Shown here one piece after another: positions 54,601 to 64,000 of a DNA stretch of 64,000 bases. Within the stretch, counting starts at the first letter, position 1; each line of letters starts with the position of its first letter. Made by a program: the position numbers and the translations under genes. Origin of the DNA: the human T2T-CHM13v2.0 reference genome, Homo sapiens; the NCBI RefSeq assembly GCF_009914755.1, contig NC_060944.1. One strand, given 5' to 3'. The notes below the pieces were generated by a model, which saw nothing but the letters and a program-made list of their open reading frames with translations, made no database searches and was not told the origin of the DNA.

Positions 54601-55332
54601 GTATCCTGTCTTTTGCATTATATTGATTGTTCTCGTTGGGGGGAGGGCGTTAATTTTAAAAAGTCAAGTGAAAGTAAATTTTCCCATCAAAGGAAGGCAC
54701 TATTGCTTTCAAACATCATCATATTCAATACAAATTAAAACAATGAACTACTGTATCTACCCATCAGACTAGCAAAAATCAAAGCATATAACAATGGCAA
54801 GTGTTGCCAAAGGATGGAGACCTGCTGATGTTAGTGTAAATGGGTGTGACCGCTTTGGAGAGCAATATGACCTATCCCGTTGAGCTGGGGACACTATGAC
54901 TCAGCAATGCTTCTCCAGGCCTTTTCCCTGGAGAAAATCACATTTGTAAGTGGCAAGAGAATTATCCAGGAATGTTTTCCAATGCGTTGATAGCAAAAAA
55001 AAAAAAAAAAAAAAAGTCTCAGGGGTTGGGGGTGGTGGGACAGACCGTTGATAGTGGAATGAGAAATCGTAAACAAGAAGGATCTACCCAGAAGTTGCCC
55101 TAGTTGTTACCTCTGCAGTGTGGCAGGGTTGGGGGCTATGATAGGGCTTCTGAGGTGACTGTGGAGGCTTACATTTGATCTATAATGTTTTGTTTTTTTC
55201 TTGTGTCTTTTAACAAAAAGAAAACCTGATTTAAGCAAGATGTCAAGATGTTAATCTTTGTTAATTCTGGCTGTTGAATGCATGAATGTTGTGTGTGTGT
55301 GTGTTGAAACTGTTAAAAAAAAATCATCTTTG

Positions 55333-55500
55333 GGTTGACCATGGTGGTGTACACCTGTAATCCCAGCACTTTAGGAGGCCAAGGTGGGAGAATCATTTGA
55401 ATCAGGAGTTCGAGGCTGCAGTGAGCTATGATTGCACCACTGCCCTTCAGCCTGGGTGAGAGTGAGACTTTGTCTAAAGTAAAAAATGTAAATGAATAAA
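55333..55500 (+). mobile_element. Alu monomer (FRAM/AluJ-like)
   Basis: cacctgtaatcccagcacttt...gaggctgcagtgagctatgattgcaccactgc...cagcctgggtga plus A-rich tail. Confidence 0.85.
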
Positions 55501-55714
55501 TACATCCTCCCATTACATTACATTTTCTAAAGTAGCGTAACTTTTCATGTCAGAAACTAGAATAAATTAAGTCACTGAATCATGTAGTAAATTATGAACT
55601 ATTGCCTCTATAGTTGGTTGCCAAAATGGCCTGCCAGTGTCTATTAATCAATATAAAATATAAAAATAGAACATTTAAAAATTAAAGCATCATGTTATAT
55701 TGCCATTACCAGCT

Positions 55715-56030
55715 AGCCATATGAACCTTATGGAAGGAAATCTGGCTATATTTAGCAAAATTACATAAATAGTCCCCCTTTGGACCAGTAATCCCACTTC
55801 TAGGAATCTATCCCAAAATATCTTGGCAAATGGTAAAATAGCACACAGGCAATGGTATTTGTTTTGCCATTATTCATTATAGCAAAGTGTTGGAAACAAT
55901 GCACATATCACGAAGAGTGGACTGGCTGGATAAATAATGGCATAGCCAGACAAAGGGGTATCGGAAGACAATAAAAGAAATGAGCGTGTTCTCTCTACTC
56001 ACATGGAAGTCATCTCCAGGATATATCATA
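55715..56030 (+). mobile_element. Old L1M ORF2 3' fragment (related pieces at about 54740-55000 and 57080-58920)
   Basis: ccagtaatcccacttctaggaatctatcc...tatagcaaagtgttggaaacaa...catctccaggatata. Confidence 0.65.
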
Positions 56031-56081
56031 GTATTCATTAGTCAGAGTTTTCCAGAGAAACCCAACCAACAGGATCTTTTT

Positions 56082-56130
56082 GGTAGGTAGGTAGGTAGGT
56101 AGGTAGGTAGGTAGGTAGGTAGGTAGGTAG
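56082..56130 (+). repeat. (GGTA)n tetranucleotide STR
   Basis: About 12 perfect ggta units. Confidence 0.95.
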
Positions 56131-56506
56131 ATAGACGGATAGATATGGAGATACATACAGATATAAAAGGAGATTTATTATGAGGAATTGACTCAAGTGA
56201 TTATGAAGGCTGAGAAGTTCTACAATCTGCTGTCTGCAAGATGGAGCTCCAGGAAAGCTGATGGTGTAATTCTAGTCTGAGTCTGAAGGCCTGAGAACCA
56301 GGGGAACTGGTAATGTAACTTCCAGTCTAAGGGCAGGAGAAGGTCCCTATGCTAGCTCAAGCAGGCAGACAGGAAGGAAAAAAGGCTGACTTCCTCCTTT
56401 ATCTACCTTTTTGTTCTATTCAGGCCTCTATCAGGTCGGATGTTGCTCACTCACATGAGGGAAGGCATGTGCTTTACTGAGTTCACCAATTCAAATGCTA
56501 GTCTCT

Positions 56507-56820
56507 GATAGATGTGGTGGCTCACACCTGTAATCCCAGCACTTTGGGGTGGGGGCACCTAGCAGGGAGGATCACTTGAGGCCAGGAGTTCCAGACTAGC
56601 CTGGGAAACATAACAAGACCCCATCTCTGAAAAACAAAAGTAAAAAATTAGCTGGGCATGGTGGCACACACTTGTCTGTAGTGCCAGCTACTCAGGAGGC
56701 TGAGGCAGGAGGATCCATTGAGCCCTAAAGTTCAAGGCTGTAGTGAGGTATGATTGCACTTTGTGCCACTGCACTCCAGCCTGGGCAACAGAGTGAGACC
56801 TTATCTCTTAAAATAAAAAA
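56507..56820 (+). mobile_element. AluJ
   Basis: ggaggatcacttgaggccaggagttc, gttcaaggctgtagtgag; TSD AAATGCTA(G/A)TCTC at 56493-56505 and 56818-56830. Confidence 0.93.
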
Positions 56821-57389
56821 TGCTAATCTCATCAAAATTAGCATTAATCTACTCTATAATTTCCATTAGATTCTTTTAAATAATTAGATAATTTCTGTCT
56901 CTTTATTGACATTATCTGTCATCATACCTTCTCTTTCCTCTTTAAGAGTGTACATTTTTTCATCGAGATTAGCATTTTTTAAGATCTGGAAATACCCTTG
57001 TAGACACGTCCACAATCCATAATATCATTTAATCTGGAAACCTGTGGCCAGATTGACACATAAAATTAACATCACAATCATTGAGTGAAAAAAAAATCGG
57101 GATATTTTTATAGAATACTGCCTTTCATGTAAAAAAGAGATGTGTTCACGTGTGCATTTTCATGTGTGTGTGTACTTAGATTGTTTAAAATAAATGCTGG
57201 GAGTAAAAAGCGAGCACTAACGGTTGCCTATAGTGGAGGAAGTAACAGAGGGGAGGGCAGAAATAGAAGTGAGACTTCTATGAGTGTACTTTGTTATATG
57301 ATTCTGAATTTTAAAGTGTGTAAATATTTTTACATATTCAAAAAATTAAAAGGGAAAATATTCTTATAATTGAAGACAGATGGAAATAA

Positions 57390-57733
<344 letters not shown>

Positions 57734-59639
57734 GTGAGAAAGTAATTTCTTTAAGTAACACTAAAACCCAGTATTTTAACTGTATATCCATAGTGGGGTG
57801 GAATTTAAGGATGCTAGCATATGTAAATAAAAAGAATCATATATTTCATGATTAGTGTTATTATTAGCTGTAATATGGATGTTATTATTTTGAAATTATA
57901 GGACTAACTTGGAGAAAGCAATTAAGCAATATGTTAATGTTGTTATGAATCAAGATTCTTATTATGAAAGAAAAGAGATAAGGTATAATATTTTTTAAAG
58001 TTATCTGAAATCCTAAAATCTTACATTTAAATTAGAAATATTAATATTCATGATATTCTTTGCTCTTAAAATATCTATTTCATAACTCTGTCTACTGAAA
58101 AAGCCTAAAAGCAGTGAAAACCCTATAGCAACGAACGCTTTCTACACCCAGATTTTGTGTACTAAATACCATTCCCCACTAAAACGAAGCAGAGTTCCTT
58201 GGAGAAGTGACTGCTTCCTGGTCTAGGATACTTTATTATGCCAGAAAGCAAATAAGCTATCAAAGGTTAATGAGATGATTGCAAAAGAATTGAATGATTT
58301 TCTGCTGGCTAAGAGGAATTGCTTAATACATTTCCAACAGGATAATGACTAGAATTGATTGAAACACATCAGAATTATAAAAATCTGTGCCTTCAGATGG
58401 TACTTCAAAAAATAATTGGTCACCGTTGTATATTGCTAGAACACCAGCTCTCTATTCTGAAAGTTGCTAAAAAAGGAATAAGAAACAAGCTTTTATTCTG
58501 CCTTCCTGTTTTATTTATATTTCAGGGTAACCAAATAGCTGATGATTGAACGTCTTCTTTATAGAAAAATTTTAATTAATAAATGCAAAAGGAAAGAATG
58601 AGAAAATTACCATTTGACAACCCAAATGAAATAACAGGTGTAGGCAATTATTATCAATAGGTGTTAACAGCATTAGGTAACTATCAATGGGGAATTTTAT
58701 AATGGATAAATCAGGCTGATATAACCTGAATGTACTGATCTCATTTTACCTCTCTAAAGGTAGGACAACCAGAAGTTATATGCCTCCTAATATGTAATTG
58801 GAAATATAAACCACTGCCTCTAAAGGATTCTTTCCTAAAAAATTAAGCCTGAATGTGACCAAGCTTTTAAATTTTACTACCAGTTTTCAGGAAATATGGA
58901 GGCTAAAGGAACGTGTTAACAAATTGACCAGCTTCTCAAATAAAATATGGAAAAGTCACATCACTCCAGAAATTTTCCCAGTTTACTCTTCGAGCCAATT
59001 CCTCCTTAGCTCACAGAGACAATTACTTTCCATAGATCTGTCACCATAGATTATCACATAAGTGCAGTCATACAGTTGGCATTTGTGTGTGTGTGTCTGG
59101 ATTCCTTCACTGAACATAATATTTTAGAAATTCATTCAGTGTGTGTATGTGTGTGTGTGTATGTGTTGGTTTCTTTGTTTTATTGAGTACTTCATTGCAT
59201 GAATATCCCATAATTTGTCCAGTCTCTCGTTGCATATTTGTGTTTTTTCCATTTTCTGGCTGATGTAAATAAAGCTTCTGTGAGGATTCTTGTACAAGTC
59301 CTTTTGCGGATCTATGTTTTTATTTTAATTGTGTAAATTATAAAAGTGAAATTGCTGGAACATAGGGTAGGTTTATGTTTAAAAAGAACTTCCAAATAGT
59401 TCTAAGTGGCATGAGTTCTAGTTGCTTCACACCTTTTTCAAAAGTGAGTGTTATCTTTCATTTAATTTTCCCAGTCAGGCTGATATGAAATGGTATCTCA
59501 TTATGGTTTTTAAATTTTTTTATATATAGCTTTATTGAGATACAATTCACATACTATACACTTCACACTTTTGAAATGTAAACTTTAATTGTTTTAAATA
59601 TCTTTCCAGAGTTGTGCAACTATCATCACAATTGGTAGT

Positions 59640-62600
59640 CTTTGGCTTTCTAGGAGTTTGTCCATTTCATCTGAGTTACTAATTTATTGGCATGCAGTTA
59701 TTTATAGTATTCCCTTATAATTTATTTCTGTGATATTGGTAGTGTTGGCCCCTTTTACACTCTTGATTTTAGTAATTTGAGTCTTCTCTCTCTCTTCTTT
59801 ATCAGTCTAGCTAAAGATTTATAAGTTTATTGATCCTTCAAAGAACCAACTCTTTATTTTATTGATTTTCTCTGTTGTTTTTCTATTCTCTATTTCATTA
59901 ATTTCTGCCCTAGCCTTTAATTCCTTCCTTCTGAATGTTCCAGGCTTAGTTTGTTCTTCTTTTTCTACTCTTTTCGAGTGGAGGATTTGGCTTTTATTTT
60001 GAGATTTTTCTTTTAAATATAGGAATTTAGAGCTATAGGCTTCTATTTAAGCATTTCTGTGACTCTGTTTCATAAATTTTGCTTCATTGTTTCTTCATTT
60101 TCATTCATCTCAAAGTACTTTCTAATCTCACTCATGATTTATTCTTTGACTCATTGGTTATTTAGGGCCATATTGTTTAATTTCCATATGTTTGTGAATC
60201 CCCTAAGTTTCTTTCTGTTATTGCTTTCTAATTTCATTCCATTGTGGTCAGAAATTATACTTTTTATGATTTCAATTATTTTGAATTTATTGTGGTTTGT
60301 TTTATGGCCCAGCCTATGATCTGTCCTGGAGAATGTCCCATGTGCATTTGAGAATGTGTATTCTGCTGTTTCTGGGTAAAGTGTTCTATAGATGTCTGTC
60401 ATATGGTATATAGTTCATTTATACTGTTGTTCATCTTTTCTTTTTTCTCCTTAATCTTCTGCCCACTTATTCTATTCATGAGTGAAAGTGGGATATTGAA
60501 GTCTCCGATTTTTATTATTGAGTTATTTTCCCTTTAACTCTATCAATATTTGCTTCATATATTTTGGGGGTCTTATATTAGGTACATATATATTTATCAT
60601 TTTTATGCCTCCCTGATGGATTGACTCTTTCATCACTGTTTCACCATCATCTCTCTATATCTATATCTCTAGTTTTAGAGTAGCTTTATCTGATATTGGA
60701 ATAGCCACTCTAGCTTTTGTATGATTGCTGTTTGCATGCTATATCTTTTTCCATTCTTTACTTCAAACTGTTTGTATCTTTGAATCTAAAGTGTTTTCTC
60801 TTGTAGCTAGCATATAGTAGTATCAGATTTTTATTCAGTCTGACAGTCTTTACTTTTGTTGGATTGTCTAATCCATTCACATTTATTGTTATAATGGATA
60901 TAGTTAGATTTGCATCTACCATTTTATTTTTCATTTTCTATATCTCTCATGCCTTTTTTGTTCCTCTATTTTTCCTTTACTGCTTTATTTGGCCTTAAAT
61001 GAGTATTTTTAGTGTAACATTTTAATTTCTTTAATCATTTTTTAAAAATTTATTTTCTTAGTGGTTGCTGTGGGGATTACCATATACATCTTAACTTATC
61101 AGAATTCTTCAGATTCATACTAACTTAATTTCAGTTAGATATAGAAACATTACTCCTGAATAGCATGATTTTTTCTTCTACCTCATTTTTGCGCTATAAT
61201 TTTATACATATTACATCTATATGCTACAAACTTTACAATACATTGTTACAATTAATTATTACTTTATATGAATTTATGTCTTTCAAGGAAGCTGAGAAAA
61301 TAAAGAGCAAGTGCTCATTTACAGAGTCTGTTATCTTAACCTTTTAATTTACCATTTCCGGTTCTCTTCATTTGTTCTTGTGGATTCAAGTTACTGTCTT
61401 GTGTCATTTTCTTACTCCAATTCATCTTTGCTCCCATATACTTCCTTTGCGTTATTGTTAAACATTTTACATTTCTGTATGTTATAGGCACAATGATAGA
61501 AGTGTGTTGTGTGTGTGTGTGTGTGTGTGTGTTTGTGTGTTATTTTATGCAATTGTTTATTAAATCAGTGAACAGAATAAAGCAGAGGAAATATGCATTC
61601 AGGCTGTCTTTCATAATTACATCATTACCTTTACTGGAGCTCCTTGTTTTGTGTGTGTGTAAATTTGAATTACTGTTTGGTGTCACTTGATTTCAGCCTC
61701 AAAACTTTCCTAGCTTTTCTTATATGGCAGATCTTTTAGCAATACATTATCCTATTTTATTTATCTATGAATGTCTTGAATTCACTTTCATTTTTGAAAG
61801 ATACTTTTGCTGGGCATAACATTCTTGGTTAACAGTTGTTTTATTTTCTCCTTCAGCACTTTGAATATATTTCATCCCACTGCCTTTTGGACTCCATTAC
61901 TTCTGATAGAAGTCTGCTGTTAATCCTATTGAGGCATCCTTGCAGTGACTAGTCAGTTTTCTCTTGCTATTTTCATGATTTTTCTCTTTGTTGTTTCTCA
62001 ACATTTTGATTTTTATGTGCTTGGGTGCAGGTCTCTTTGCATTTATACTATTTAGAATTTGTTGAGTACCTGGGATGTATAGATTAGGGTTTTTTCGCAC
62101 TAAATTTGGTAGGCTTTAGCCATTATTTCTTTGAAAAAAATTTCTGCTTCTTTTTCACTCTTCTCTTATTCTGGTACTCCCATTATACATATGTTGGTCC
62201 ACTTAATGGTGTCTACAATTTACTAAGCCTATGTTCATTTTACTTCATTCTTTCCCTCTGCTCTTCAGATTGAATAATCTCTGACTGTCTTCAAGTTCAA
62301 TGATTCTTTTTTCTACCAATTCAACAAAGCCACTGTTGATCCCCTCTAGTGAATTTTGAACTTTAATTATTATAATTTTCTACTGTATAATTTACATTAG
62401 ATTATTTTAAATAATTTCTATCTCTTTATTGACATTATCTATTTGCCAACATACCTTCTCTTTCCTCTTTAACAGTGTACATATTTATAATATTTTGGAC
62501 ATATTTATAATAGTTACTTTGAAATCTTTCTAAGTCTGACACCTGGGCCCTTTCATAGGCAGCTTCTTTTGAATGCTTTTTTTTAAATGTATTTGTTGCA

Positions 62601-63190
62601 CTTTCCTGTGTTTTTATACATACTAGATTTTTTTCAAAGCTGGACGTTTTAGTAGATAATATATTTTAGCAACTCTGGATACTTGTTTTCTTTTCCTCTG
62701 AGCTTGCCATTGTTGTTTGTTTATGTGTTTTGTGACAGGAATAGGCTATTTAGTGTTTATTTCTACCCACAGTGTGGAGCCTTTGGTGTTACTTTTCTGA
62801 CGCTGCAGCCTTGGGAGTGTGCACAGTCACCTTGAGATGATAGTAGTTTTAGCATGTGTCTCTTTGACTTCTCTCTTCTGCCTCCTTCCTTAATCTCCCT
62901 GTTAATCTGTCTGCCTCTGTTGGTATCATACCAAGCTATTAGGCTCCACTAACTGCCAAATTATTGCTCCATTATTTTTGACAATGTCCAGGGCGCATGC
63001 ATTCCTCTACAACCTGATCCAGTTAAATTTGAACCCCTTTGCAAAGGTATTTTTTGAGGTCAGTCTTTGAGGTTTGACCAAGAGGGCTCTTCTTAGCTGT
63101 CTTGCTCTGATCCTCTCTGATAAACTATCTGGCCTACAATTTAGCTTGTTGCCATCATGGAGCTGTCAGCCTTCTATACCTGTTTTCATG
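59640..63190 (-). mobile_element. Long degenerate L1M: 5' region, ORF1 remnant, long inter-ORF and ORF2 endonuclease remnant
   Basis: Minus-strand ORF 60151-60402 (TDIYRTLYP..AEYTFS..HGTFSRTDHRLGHK...SDHNGMKLE) matches the L1 ORF2p EN domain; ORF 61897-62100 (..PKHIKIKML..SIGLTADF) resembles ORF1p. Disrupted by stops and frameshifts. Confidence 0.88.
61509..61539 (+). repeat. (GT)n microsatellite
   Basis: gtgtgtgt... run. Confidence 0.9.
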
Positions 63191-63598
63191 CTTACTTGTC
63201 TTTTTTTTTTTTTTTCTCTGCCTATTCTGTCATTAAGACCATCTAATGAATGTTTTAAATGATAATATATTTTTCATTATAGCATTTCCATTTGGATATC
63301 TATTGCAGTTTCCATGTGGTTCATTTTAAAAATCTCTTCATACATGTTTACCTTTCACACACTATTTTTAAAAACTGCTATCACGATTATTTCAAAGTTG
63401 TGTGATAATTTCAATAGCTGGGCTATTTATGAATCTTCTTCTATTGTCTGTTTCCTCTTTTTGATCACAAATCAAATGTTCTTGCTTCTTCAGGCATCAT
63501 AGTTTATACTACATGTCAGGCATTCTGTGTCAAATAACAGCACATTCTTTTTCTTTCCACTTATCAGAGTTGGAACACTGAGTCAGTCGTACCTGTAG

Positions 63599-63916
<318 letters not shown>

Positions 63917-64000
63917 GGGTCTGGAGCTTTTTGTAGCTTTAGTTTCATTCCATGTATTACCAGCTTCGAGTGCTTAGAGGGAAGGGTCAGGATTTTTCCC

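Larger units (their letters stand above)
56034..57076 (-). mobile_element. MLT2 ERVL LTR interrupted by (GGTA)n, an AluJ and a 150-bp templated insert
   Basis: ttagtcagagttttccagagaaac...tgaaggcctgagaaccagg...ttcaaatgcta | ...gattgacacataaaattaacatcaca. Confidence 0.85.

Noticed and set aside
60151-60402. Endonuclease-like ORF
   Set aside because: Fragment of a decayed L1 ORF2 EN domain surrounded by stops and frameshifts.

Overview
Primate (human or great-ape) genomic DNA; not prokaryotic. A CpG island at about 8.2-10.0 kb holds a promoter and the first coding exon of PHACTR3 (phosphatase and actin regulator 3 / scapinin) on the + strand: ATG 9227 to donor CAG|GTAACG at 9344/9345, encoding MAASEDGSGCLVSRGRSQSDPSVLTDSSATSSADAGENP with a phase-1 end. 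The rest of the window reads as upstream sequence and a very large first intron; no further PHACTR3 coding exon is visible. The intron is filled with Alu/FAM, MIR, L1, L2, MaLR/ERVL LTRs (MSTB, THE1, MLT1, MLT2, LTR16), hAT MITEs (MER3, MER5A, MER58) and simple or tandem repeats, and it becomes AT-rich and L1-dense after about 53.4 kb. Almost all entries in the supplied ORF track are spurious or repeat-derived. I found no convincing new multi-gene system. The most notable sequence-level signals are: (1) a complex templated insertion at 56834-56983 with inverted flank copies and a copy of L1 sequence 5.5 kb downstream; (2) a frame-preserving, stop-free candidate Alu cassette exon at 16591-16737; (3) a first-exon leader with uORFs, three AATAAA hexamers, U-tracts and a G4 motif; (4) an Akt/14-3-3 consensus motif in the exon-1 peptide. 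Repeat subfamily names and boundaries were assigned by eye and are approximate.
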